DNA of 59,894 bases, from NCBI GenBank assembly GCA_011523185.1, contig WTHI01000122.1:39962-99855 (forward strand), read 5' to 3'. The translations under genes were made by a program, and so were the position numbers. The notes under the pieces were generated by a model. That model saw nothing but the letters and a program-made list of their open reading frames with translations, did not search any database and was not told the DNA's origin. Origin of the DNA: Methanobacteriota archaeon. GTDB taxonomy: Archaea; Thermoplasmatota; Poseidoniia; Poseidoniales; Thalassarchaeaceae. Below are positions 28,648-37,594 of this stretch, piece after piece (the first letter of the stretch is position 1; the number at the start of each line of letters is the position of its first letter).

Positions 28648-28696
28648 ATTGAACACTTTTGCATGGGGTTCAAGACAGATAGTCTAGCCGTTTGGG

Positions 28697-30181
28697 ATGA
28701 TGAAGCGACACTGGAGGGCAGTCTTGCTGTCACTTTCAGCATTGCTTTTGCTTTGCAATAGTGTTCAAGCAGAAACTTCCAACGATGATGATCCTGCCTT
28801 AATCAGTATTGATATCGAAAACGGATACCATTCATTCGAATCGATCACTTTTTCAGGAATCATAGAAGATGATGAACGACCCCAAGATGTATTTTGGCGG
28901 GTATCTAAGGATGGTACAGAATTCGATGGCGGGGATTTGCTGAGTTCTTTGATTGAAATCACATCTACAAGTAGTAGAGAACAATGGTCTTGGTCCTTTG
29001 AGTTGACTTTCTCCGCTACCGGCGAGTGTGCATGTTATGTTAGTGTTCATTCAATAGATGATTATGGATTAGAAATTGTAGAGACTAGAGTGGTATTTAT
29101 GGTTGAAGAAAACTCAACCGGTTTGATTGGATTTTTGTTAGATACAGATCAATCTGGAGATTTGATAGATTCTTCTCTTCAAATTAGTGGTTGGCTTGGT
29201 ACTTATCCAAATGGTGGAGTTAATCTAGAAATCTCAGGTTCTTTGGCGCAGGGACTAATCCAATCATCTCATATTCCTCAATCATCAGTTTGCAATGAAG
29301 CATCCATAACTGATGAAGTATACGAACTCCCATCTGGAGATTTTGAGATAACTTGGGATATTTCTGCCAAATTAGACGGTTGGATGGAAATAATACTAAT
29401 TGGCTGTCCATCGATCAATTCTGCTCCCACGGGGGCTAGCCATGAATTTTCTATTCGTGTAAATAACCAACCACCAGTAATCAAAATATCGGGGATTGAA
29501 TATGCAGTAGAGGACGATATCTGGCATACATTCGACGCGACCTTAACTGAGGACCCGTATTGGGGAAGAACGGAAATGTACTTTGTTTGGACTCTAAGAA
29601 GACCTTCTCACTCTGGCAATCTTCCAATCGATGTACAAATGGGTGAAGACCTCAATACATATTCTATCTCAGGGGCGCAATCTGGAAACTACACCCTTAG
29701 TTTAACCGTCTATGATAAAGGAGGCTTATCATCAGATCAAATGGTAAACTTAGACATCAAGAATACAGTTCCTACCGCATCGCTGGTTATTGATGGCGAA
29801 ACCATTTCCGACGGTCAAGAAGTTAGGGTTTCAAATCCCTCTGATATAAAATTAGACGCGACCGGAAGTTCCGACACAGCAAATGATGATTCCAGTTTGA
29901 GATGTATTTGGTTATTGGATAATTCTCCCCTTTATGAGGGGTGTAACCGAGAATTTTCTTGGACTGAGGTTGAAGAATATCGCGCCATTCTTACTCTGGA
30001 AGTGATTGACGATGATGGCGAATTCGCAACGATTTCTGTAATTTTAATTCATCCAGATGAAGTCAAGCCATTCCCAATCGCTTTGGTGGCCTTCGCATTT
30101 AGCGCATTGTTCCTAACATATGCCTTAGTTAACCGATTCCGAGGGAATAGTGAACGATCAATACCGAAGTGGAAATCCTGA
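28697..30181 (+). CDS. secreted PKD-domain protein with C-terminal TM anchor
   Basis: A signal peptide is followed by PKD-like segments (FDATLTEDP.., GNYTLSLTVYDKGGLSS, LDATGSSD...LTLEVIDDDGE) and a C-terminal TM. Confidence 0.55.
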   Translation: MMKRHWRAVLLSLSALLLLCNSVQAETSNDDDPALISIDIENGYHSFESITFSGIIEDDERPQDVFWRVSKDGTEFDGGDLLSSLIEITSTSSREQWSWSFELTFSATGECACYVSVHSIDDYGLEIVETRVVFMVEENSTGLIGFLLDTDQSGDLIDSSLQISGWLGTYPNGGVNLEISGSLAQGLIQSSHIPQSSVCNEASITDEVYELPSGDFEITWDISAKLDGWMEIILIGCPSINSAPTGASHEFSIRVNNQPPVIKISGIEYAVEDDIWHTFDATLTEDPYWGRTEMYFVWTLRRPSHSGNLPIDVQMGEDLNTYSISGAQSGNYTLSLTVYDKGGLSSDQMVNLDIKNTVPTASLVIDGETISDGQEVRVSNPSDIKLDATGSSDTANDDSSLRCIWLLDNSPLYEGCNREFSWTEVEEYRAILTLEVIDDDGEFATISVILIHPDEVKPFPIALVAFAFSALFLTYALVNRFRGNSERSIPKWKS

Positions 30182-30189
30182 TTTCGTAC

Positions 30190-30196
30190 TTTTTTT
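30190..30196 (+). terminator. oligo-T tract (T7) after the PKD-protein gene
   Basis: CTTTTTTTG begins 9 nt after the stop. This is the archaeal-type oligo-T termination signal. Confidence 0.4.
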
Positions 30197-30257
30197 GTAA
30201 ATTATTTTCATCCCACAGTCCTAAGAATAACTTGCTTCTCGGCGAAGCGTGGACAGT

Positions 30258-31604
30258 ATGGCTAGGCTACCTTTCTCGGAGTCAGAATACAGAGGACGTC
30301 AGTCTAGATTCCTCGACAAGATTCCTCACGATTGTTTAGTTCTCATCCCAACTAATCCAGCTTCTATTCGCTCTAATGACGTTCACTATCCATTCCGAGC
30401 TAGTTCCTACATGCTATACCTCTGTGGTTGGTCCGAACCTGAGTCCGTATTAATGGCAAAGCATAACGGAAAAAATTGGGTTGTGTCATTATTTGTCCAA
30501 CCAAACGATACAACCGCAGAAATTTGGGAAGGCCGAAGAATTGGCATAGAAGGCGCATCATCAGGATGGCCGATTGATGAAGCCTATTCTCTACTAGAGA
30601 TGAATGAAATTGTTACTGATTCGTTGAAAAAATCAAATGGGGTGTACTTGATTCAAAATCTGAATGCAGATATTGACCAAATTGTCAACGATTCTCTAAC
30701 CTCAAAGAGTAGACAAAGAAATACCTACGGAATGGGTCCAATTAGTCTAGTAGATCCTTCCTCACTCCTAGACGAAATGCGAATTTGTAAATCTCAGGAA
30801 GAGATTGGTATTATGCAAAAGTCTGCTGATTTAGCCTCTATGGCACATTCTATTGCAATGAAAAAGAGCCATACCGGGATCGGAGAATGGGAAATTCAGT
30901 CCATAATCGAGGGTTGTTTTCAATCGAATGGTTCTCAATGGAGTTACCCCTCCATTGTTGGTGGTGGTGACAACGCTACAATTCTACACTACCATGCTAA
31001 CAACGAACCCGTTTCGGATGGAGAGTTAGTTCTCGTAGACGCTGGTTGCGAGGTTGAAGGCTATGCTTCTGATATTACAAGAACCTGGCCAGTTAATGGT
31101 AAATTTACTGAGCCTCAAAGAGAGATATACAATCTGGTTCTAGAGGCAGAAATTGCGGGAATTGAAGCTTGTCAGGTGGGTGCGCCATGGAACGCATCTC
31201 ACAAAGCGACTATGGAAGTAATTTCCAGAGGTCTGATTGAATTAGGTATACTGAATTGTACATTTGAAGAAGCCATGGGTGAAGATTTAGACGGCAAAAC
31301 CCGTCAGTTCTTCATGCATGGAACTAGTCATTCATTAGGTCTGGATGTTCATGACGTCGGAGTAACTAGGCCTGGTGGAAAGGGCGATGGTAGGTTACTA
31401 GAGGAAGGCATGGTTCTAACTGTCGAACCAGGGGTATATTTCGCCTCATGGAGGGAGGATGTCGAAATCCCTGAGAGATACTCCGGAATTGGAATTCGTA
31501 TCGAAGACGACGTATTAATCACCAAGAATGGACCTGTTGTCTTAACTTCTAACTGCCCTAAGGAAATTACAGAAATCGAAACATTGGTTGGCTCAGGGTT
31601 GTGA
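30258..31604 (+). CDS. Xaa-Pro aminopeptidase (M24B, PepP-like)
   Basis: An AMP_N-like N-terminus is followed by HYHANN, LVLVDAGCE..GYASDITRTWP, HGTSHSLGLDVHD and LTVEPG metal-ligand contexts. The start is at the first ATG (the track ORF starts at an upstream GTG). Confidence 0.85.
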   Translation: MARLPFSESEYRGRQSRFLDKIPHDCLVLIPTNPASIRSNDVHYPFRASSYMLYLCGWSEPESVLMAKHNGKNWVVSLFVQPNDTTAEIWEGRRIGIEGASSGWPIDEAYSLLEMNEIVTDSLKKSNGVYLIQNLNADIDQIVNDSLTSKSRQRNTYGMGPISLVDPSSLLDEMRICKSQEEIGIMQKSADLASMAHSIAMKKSHTGIGEWEIQSIIEGCFQSNGSQWSYPSIVGGGDNATILHYHANNEPVSDGELVLVDAGCEVEGYASDITRTWPVNGKFTEPQREIYNLVLEAEIAGIEACQVGAPWNASHKATMEVISRGLIELGILNCTFEEAMGEDLDGKTRQFFMHGTSHSLGLDVHDVGVTRPGGKGDGRLLEEGMVLTVEPGVYFASWREDVEIPERYSGIGIRIEDDVLITKNGPVVLTSNCPKEITEIETLVGSGL

Positions 31605-32778
31605 TTGTTTGGCCGCTTGGCAAGAAATTCTTGAAACTCAATTAAGTGAAAACCCTCCTCGACTTTCTGTTGAGGAAGCCACAATTCTCTACGACCAAGC
31701 AGATCAAAACGAATTATTGCACGCTGGATTATTGATGCGTAGAAAGAGAGTTCCGGGAAATAAGGTAACATATCTTGTTGATCGAAATGTCAACTACACT
31801 AATGTATGTACTATAAATTGCCAATTTTGTTCTTTCTATCGTCCCCCAGGGCATGAAGAGACTTACACTCAATCCGTAGACCAAATTAGTGCTAGATTTG
31901 CCGAGTTAGAAAATATCGGTGGCACACGCGTGTTAATGCAAGGCGGGGTCAACCCTGATTTACCTATGGAGTGGTACACGAATTTGATTAGCCAATTAAG
32001 GGAAAGGCATCCAACTATCGCTTTGGATTGTTTTTCTCCTATCGAGATTGAAGGGATTGCAGAAGTTTGTCAAACATCTACCAAAGAGGTACTAGAACAA
32101 TTGAAGGATGCAGGAATGCATGGCTTACCAGGCGGTGGAGCAGAAATGCTGGTTGACGATGTCCGCCTAGACATCTCTCCAAAGAAAGGTAGCTCGGAAA
32201 ATTGGCTAAGAGTTATGGAAGAAGCACAACATCTTGGACTAACAACATCTGCAACGAATGTCATTGGTTTTGGTGAGAATAATTCACACCGTGTTCAACA
32301 TATGGATAGAATACGAAGACTACAAGACAGAAGTTTAGCAGACGGATTGATTGGATTTACATCATTCATAGCATGGCCTGTTCAATTAGAAAACAATACA
32401 TTTGGTAAAAGGAATAAGGGTCAAAATAGAATTCAATTAGGAGCTGGTGCACATGAATATCTTCGTCATGTTGCTGTTGCTCGTTTGTTTTTCGATAATA
32501 TTACCCACATTCAAGCTTCTTGGCCTACAATGGGGATGGGTATAGCCCAACTAGCCCTATTTGCGGGAGCAGATGACGCGGGCTCTACAATGATGGAGGA
32601 AAATGTCGTTTCTGCTTCCGGCACCACAAAGACTCTAGCAGGAGAAGATGAATTACAGAGGGTAATTTCGCGTGCAGGATTCATACCACAAAAACGAGAT
32701 TCAGATTACAAACATCTCGAAACTGAAATTCTTACCGAGAGTAATTTAGCCAGCCCTCCACCCTTACAACCTGTTTGA
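31588..32778 (+). CDS. radical SAM enzyme of the MqnC/MqnE/CofH family (futalosine-pathway-like)
   Basis: VNYTNVCTINCQFCSFYR contains the CxxxCxxC cluster motif. GGAEML, the FGENNSHRVQH (FGHxEt..rv.H-like) segment, ASWPT and AGADDAGSTMMEENVVSASG are also present. Confidence 0.72.
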   Translation: MAQGCDCLAAWQEILETQLSENPPRLSVEEATILYDQADQNELLHAGLLMRRKRVPGNKVTYLVDRNVNYTNVCTINCQFCSFYRPPGHEETYTQSVDQISARFAELENIGGTRVLMQGGVNPDLPMEWYTNLISQLRERHPTIALDCFSPIEIEGIAEVCQTSTKEVLEQLKDAGMHGLPGGGAEMLVDDVRLDISPKKGSSENWLRVMEEAQHLGLTTSATNVIGFGENNSHRVQHMDRIRRLQDRSLADGLIGFTSFIAWPVQLENNTFGKRNKGQNRIQLGAGAHEYLRHVAVARLFFDNITHIQASWPTMGMGIAQLALFAGADDAGSTMMEENVVSASGTTKTLAGEDELQRVISRAGFIPQKRDSDYKHLETEILTESNLASPPPLQPV

Positions 32779-33852
32779 TTATTCCTTAGAATCTTCAGAC
32801 CTAGCCGCCCTAAGTGGTAGATTATCAATCAATATTTTGTTATCAGTTTGGGGCATAATAATCGGACTGACCCACCTTAACCTCATGCCTTGCCAAAGTA
32901 CGTGCAAATGAATCTCCCAATGTAATGCAATCACCGAGGAATAAATTGTACCCGGCCATCTCTCTTCAGGCCCATTCAATCTGATAGGTAATTCATTACT
33001 TGTTTCCAAAGCCCCTCTCGATCTTACCCTCATCGGTTCCAATAGTAGGATTCGAGAATAATCAACCGCTAGAGGTGTTGATTCACCTACCCCGGTCCCA
33101 TGTTCTTCTCCACCTGTCAGTCTCTTTTCTGGTAAAGCGGTTGACATACCCGGAGGGGGTTGATTCCCCTCTGGTCGATTGGATGACTTTAACATTGTTT
33201 TTCTTTCAGGCACGGCGACACCGGCTTGTATTCTAGCTGCAGAAAATTGCACCTCTTCAGGCAAATACATTTGTGCAATTTCCACCCACCCATCGCCAAT
33301 CGATAATTCAAATTCGGGGTCACCCAATGGAGAATTAATGTAGGTATTTTGTCTATTAATATCTCTAGAATTGGCGTAAATTCTGATGATTATTGGTAAT
33401 ACAAATATTGGAAATGTAATGAATAATAATTTTGGATAATCCAGTGGTCCTATTTTGTAAGATCCTTGAGTTAGCCATGATAGTAATGGCACATCTCCTA
33501 AAGCCGGGGCTATAGCGTGTAGAAACAGGGAGAAAATTAACAAAATTACGGTTGGGGCGATAAATTTCCTAGCAACTGCATGTAATGGATCAGGTTCAAT
33601 GTACCAGCCATTTCTTGTTCTCATGAGGAATGGTAATGTCGCAGTAGTTGTGACTGATTGAATTCTTGGTAGGTTGAGGTCTTTTTCTGTTAGCTCCCTC
33701 CATTCTACCAACCAACCAGATTCTGTACCAATTTTGAAGGGAGTTGGGGGTTGGGAATTTGATTCGAGAATTACTTCTGTGATTGGTATTGATTCAGGGT
33801 CTATATTTGTATGATCAAATGGGGGGTATCTGATTCTTTGGACGGATTCCAA
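32779..33852 (-). CDS. hypothetical membrane protein
   Basis: There are two or three central TM segments and no recognisable motif. The start lies 4 nt downstream of the GGR-family gene. Confidence 0.4.
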   Translation of the reverse strand: MESVQRIRYPPFDHTNIDPESIPITEVILESNSQPPTPFKIGTESGWLVEWRELTEKDLNLPRIQSVTTTATLPFLMRTRNGWYIEPDPLHAVARKFIAPTVILLIFSLFLHAIAPALGDVPLLSWLTQGSYKIGPLDYPKLLFITFPIFVLPIIIRIYANSRDINRQNTYINSPLGDPEFELSIGDGWVEIAQMYLPEEVQFSAARIQAGVAVPERKTMLKSSNRPEGNQPPPGMSTALPEKRLTGGEEHGTGVGESTPLAVDYSRILLLEPMRVRSRGALETSNELPIRLNGPEERWPGTIYSSVIALHWEIHLHVLWQGMRLRWVSPIIMPQTDNKILIDNLPLRAARSEDSKE

Positions 33853-33856
33853 ATTT

Positions 33857-35065
33857 TCACCCCCAAATTAATGCAGCAGCCGCTTTTGAAGCTAGACGGC
33901 GGAATTCCGGGACATCTTTCAACATCTTCATGCCCAGTGGGATTGGATTATCTATATCTCCTAGTTGATTGATTAAATCAATCACCTCTGGTTGCGACCA
34001 AACTGAAAATAATTCATCCAGTTCTTCATCCGTTGATTCTGTTAAAAATACGTTTCTCAATGCTCTAGACTTGTTTTGATTCCGCCTAAGTGTAGATATT
34101 GTATCATTCAAATTCTTCACAGTAGATGGGGTGAAAGCATTGGTCGAGATAGCTTCTACTAATTTCGGGAGCATTAAATCAACTTGCTCGAATCCTTTTC
34201 CTATTCCACCTCCAGTTGTAGGTTTGCAAAGACCTGCGGCATCTCCGAATACCGCTACACGGTCAATCACAGGTTTGTGGATTATGCCAGAAGGAACAGG
34301 TCCACAATACCTACCTACCTCTTTACAATTGGAGAATCTCTGTTTCCATTTTGAGGATTTCATTAATACCTGCAATAAATCCTCACAGGATTCCTCGCCT
34401 AATTTGTTCGGTAAAGACCAGTTTCCTATCCTTGTTGTATTACCTGAAGGAATTGCCCAAGCGAAAAATCCGGGAGCGAATTCATCGCCTGTAAAGAGGT
34501 CGAGCCTTCCTTCCTCCCCAGGATACCCGGTCACCTCAATCTGGAACCCAATCAACAATTCTTTGGGTCGGCCCATTTTGAAGGTCCTACGTACCCAGGA
34601 ATGAGCACCATCAGCCCCACAAAGCATACGGCATTGGAATTGTTTTATTTCGCCATTTATGTCTAATGAAATCTCCACTCCAGAGTTCGTGACATTAGCG
34701 CTAACTGGCTTTGATGACAACAATAAATCGGCACCCGAATCAAGGCTAAGTTGGACCACTCTTTCATCAAACAATTTACGGCAAACCGACCAAGTTCTGG
34801 TTGTATTTGGGTCTCCGATTACAATTTCCGTACCAGATGGGCTGTACATCCTAGCGCCCCAAATTCTTGTCAGTACTGTATCATATGCCCCAATCCTATC
34901 CATCGCTGATGGATTTACCATTCCAGCACATTGGAATGGCCTGCCAATCTCAGCGTGTTCTTCGACAAGGAGAACACTCAACCCCTTCTCTGTTAACTTC
35001 CAGGCGAGATATCCGCCTACAGGGCCGGCACCAATTACAATAACATCGTAAATGTCTCTAATCAA
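33857..35065 (-). CDS. geranylgeranyl reductase-family flavoprotein
   Basis: The FAD motif YDVIVIGAGPVGGYLA and the C-terminal GDAAGLCKPTTGGGI are present. The start codon is TTG. Confidence 0.8.
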   Translation of the reverse strand: MIRDIYDVIVIGAGPVGGYLAWKLTEKGLSVLLVEEHAEIGRPFQCAGMVNPSAMDRIGAYDTVLTRIWGARMYSPSGTEIVIGDPNTTRTWSVCRKLFDERVVQLSLDSGADLLLSSKPVSANVTNSGVEISLDINGEIKQFQCRMLCGADGAHSWVRRTFKMGRPKELLIGFQIEVTGYPGEEGRLDLFTGDEFAPGFFAWAIPSGNTTRIGNWSLPNKLGEESCEDLLQVLMKSSKWKQRFSNCKEVGRYCGPVPSGIIHKPVIDRVAVFGDAAGLCKPTTGGGIGKGFEQVDLMLPKLVEAISTNAFTPSTVKNLNDTISTLRRNQNKSRALRNVFLTESTDEELDELFSVWSQPEVIDLINQLGDIDNPIPLGMKMLKDVPEFRRLASKAAAALIWG

Positions 35066-35121
35066 GTGCTACCCCCCTAGTCTAGGGTCCCAGGTAGTAT
35101 TAGCGCATAGAACAAAAGATA

Positions 35122-37407
35122 TCATTTCTTTTGTTGACGCTTTCGTGATTGAATCATCTTTTTCATTGTACCAATTAAGCCACTAGCTTCATTTTTGGTA
35201 ATCTCATCGATAGTGGTTACTTCGCCAATAGCCATTGCATCCTCAATACTAATTTCTAAATTTTCAGACATTGATTTGATTGTTGCAACTTGCTTTTCTG
35301 TAGCTGGAGAATCTTTGTCTATTCCAATCAATTTATTGATCAACGAACTTGCGGTTCCGTCTCTACCACCTGTTAACTCATCCAAATCATTGTGACCAAG
35401 TTCCGTTAATATTGGTTCCAAATCAACAGAGTTTTTGTCGGCCAATCTAATGATTAGTGCCATTTGTTTTTCACTAGGTGGAATGTCTCCATCGCTGGAG
35501 TTGTTGAGTTCTTCAATTATTCTTCTTGCATCTTCTCCGGTGAGTTCATCGATATTTTTACCTTGGAACAAATCTGATTTTGAGTCATCTGACATTCTCG
35601 AGGTTCTATTAATGATGAAATTAAGTTGCTTAACTGTGGGTTTTCGTTTTCTTAACTCTAATGCGATATTATGCATATTTCTAAAGTCTGTAACAAATTT
35701 ATGCCAAACTATGGCACCACTGGTGTCTCCATCTTCTACCTCATCTAAACTAGATTCCATTAATGCTGTGAATCGCGGGGTGAATAAACCCTCAGATATT
35801 GTTCCGGACGAGTTCTCATCCGACCCATAAAATGGCACCACCTCAATCCATAACAATCTACCCTGATCGGTTGGAATGAGGGATGAACCCTCCTTGTCGA
35901 CATAGCCTCTATCTACTAGTTTACCGACTGTAGTCAGATATGTTGACGGCCTACCTATGTCTGCTTTCTTCATTTCTTGAATTATCGAACTTTCAGTAAA
36001 TCTCCTAGGTGGCTTGGTTTCGTCAGACGTCAATAACGGGTTTTCCTCATTCGAAGTAAATCCCCAAGTTGTGCCTAATTCGAAACCAACCGCTGGTGGT
36101 TCTGTTTTAACATCTTTATTTGCGGAGTAGACAGCTTCCCATCCCGCATGAATTCGCCATGAACTGGTCCCATACAATTGCAATTCAAGGTCTGAGGCCT
36201 TTGCAACTAAATCCCTTCTTTCTCGTACGGAATCGGACATTTGACTTGCAGCAAATCTACCCCAAATCAATCTGTATAACGATTGTTGATCGGCATCAAC
36301 ATCTGTTAATGTCTTGACTTCAGGTTGTGTCGGTCTAATGGCTTCGTGAGCATCCTGTACATTGCTTGCGCCCTTTTTCGCATCCGGTCCTAGCGCCCCA
36401 GAACCTAGGTGGTTAGAGCCGTATTCCTTTTCTATCAAAGATCTAATTCTATCTCTGGCCGCTTTACTTGTACGTGTAGAATCTGTTCGAATGTAAGTTA
36501 TGTGTCCCGATTGATACAATGCTGTAGCGACACGATTAGTTCTACCAATAGACCACCCCATCCTTCCATTGGCAGCTCTTAACATAGATTCTGTCGTAAA
36601 CGGAGGTTGAGGTTTCCTGTTGGTCTTACCTTCCTTGACGGATTCTAAAACCAATCCATCGGAATGGCGAATTTTTTCCATTGCACTTTCGGCTAATTCT
36701 CCATCGAATGTTCTGTCTGGGTGATGTTTTCCATCATCGTCTTTCCAAGCACCTTCGTCATCTTTCTCATGGAATCTAACTTTGAAAGAAACACCATTCG
36801 AATCTACCTTAATTGAGTGATATGGAATGGGCACGTGTGCATCCCTTTCAAGTTCCCTTTCGACAATGAATCCAAGGGTGGGGGTTTGAACACGCCCCAT
36901 TGAAGCTAAGTTCCAGGAACGACTAAATCTTGAACAACGAAAACCTACCAACCTGTCCATGAACCTTCTGACCTTAGCGGCATCGACGAGATCCATGTCG
37001 ATATCTCTGGGTGATTCTATTGCTTCCTGTACTGCAGAATTAGTAATTTCATTGAATGACACACGATAGATTGAATCGTAATCACTGAAGATTTCTTGTA
37101 ATCTCCATGCAATAAATTCCCCTTCTCTATCTGGGTCGGTGGCGATGTAGATTTCTTCTACTGAATTCGTTTGGGCTTTTTTTCTTAATTTGGAGATAAT
37201 TTTCTCTGCTCTATCTGTATAGCTCCAAGGTGGATTCGGTAATTCTCCTTCCTTAGAAGACCACATTGCTTTGTTATCTTGCTTTGTGCCTCCTCGGGTT
37301 GGTAAATCTTGTACATGGCCATTACAGGCATCGACAATCCAACCCTTACCGAGATATTTTTTGATCGTACGGGCCTTTGCCCCTGATTCCAAAATCATGA
37401 ACTTCAA
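35122..37407 (-). CDS. topA: DNA topoisomerase I (type IA) with a repeat-containing C-terminus
   Basis: The Toprim N-terminus has ILESGAKARTIKKYLG and ATDPDREGEFIAW. The active-site region reads GHITYIRTDSTR. The start is TTG at 37407 or ATG at 37398. Confidence 0.9.
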   Translation of the reverse strand: MKFMILESGAKARTIKKYLGKGWIVDACNGHVQDLPTRGGTKQDNKAMWSSKEGELPNPPWSYTDRAEKIISKLRKKAQTNSVEEIYIATDPDREGEFIAWRLQEIFSDYDSIYRVSFNEITNSAVQEAIESPRDIDMDLVDAAKVRRFMDRLVGFRCSRFSRSWNLASMGRVQTPTLGFIVERELERDAHVPIPYHSIKVDSNGVSFKVRFHEKDDEGAWKDDDGKHHPDRTFDGELAESAMEKIRHSDGLVLESVKEGKTNRKPQPPFTTESMLRAANGRMGWSIGRTNRVATALYQSGHITYIRTDSTRTSKAARDRIRSLIEKEYGSNHLGSGALGPDAKKGASNVQDAHEAIRPTQPEVKTLTDVDADQQSLYRLIWGRFAASQMSDSVRERRDLVAKASDLELQLYGTSSWRIHAGWEAVYSANKDVKTEPPAVGFELGTTWGFTSNEENPLLTSDETKPPRRFTESSIIQEMKKADIGRPSTYLTTVGKLVDRGYVDKEGSSLIPTDQGRLLWIEVVPFYGSDENSSGTISEGLFTPRFTALMESSLDEVEDGDTSGAIVWHKFVTDFRNMHNIALELRKRKPTVKQLNFIINRTSRMSDDSKSDLFQGKNIDELTGEDARRIIEELNNSSDGDIPPSEKQMALIIRLADKNSVDLEPILTELGHNDLDELTGGRDGTASSLINKLIGIDKDSPATEKQVATIKSMSENLEISIEDAMAIGEVTTIDEITKNEASGLIGTMKKMIQSRKRQQKK

Positions 37408-37513
37408 TTAATCACACTCGACATTGCGGTTCGCCATCAGATATTGGCTTACCACGTTTCCTCGTGGCGTCATGAACCCTGTATAAACGTGAGTAAGGAT
37501 AGAGCGATGCAAG

Positions 37514-37561
37514 GCGCGCGTGCGCGCGTGCCTGTGGCGCACGCGGATGCGCGCGTACGCG
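37514..37561. repeat. alternating purine-pyrimidine, GC-rich (Z-DNA-prone) tract containing a 7-bp hairpin
   Basis: Three perfect Pu/Py alternating runs were counted directly: 37514..37531 (18 nt, GCGCGCGTGCGCGCGTGC), 37537..37545 (9 nt) and 37547..37561 (15 nt). The hairpin is CGCGTGC-CTGTGGC-GCACGCG at 37525..37545. Confidence 0.8.
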
Positions 37562-37594
37562 AGAAAGCGCAAGATATCAGAATGGAATGTATTC

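Noticed and set aside
34131-35051. Plus-strand ORFs 34131..34604 and 34659..35051
   Set aside because: They are antisense to the GGR-family gene, which has clear FAD-binding motifs.
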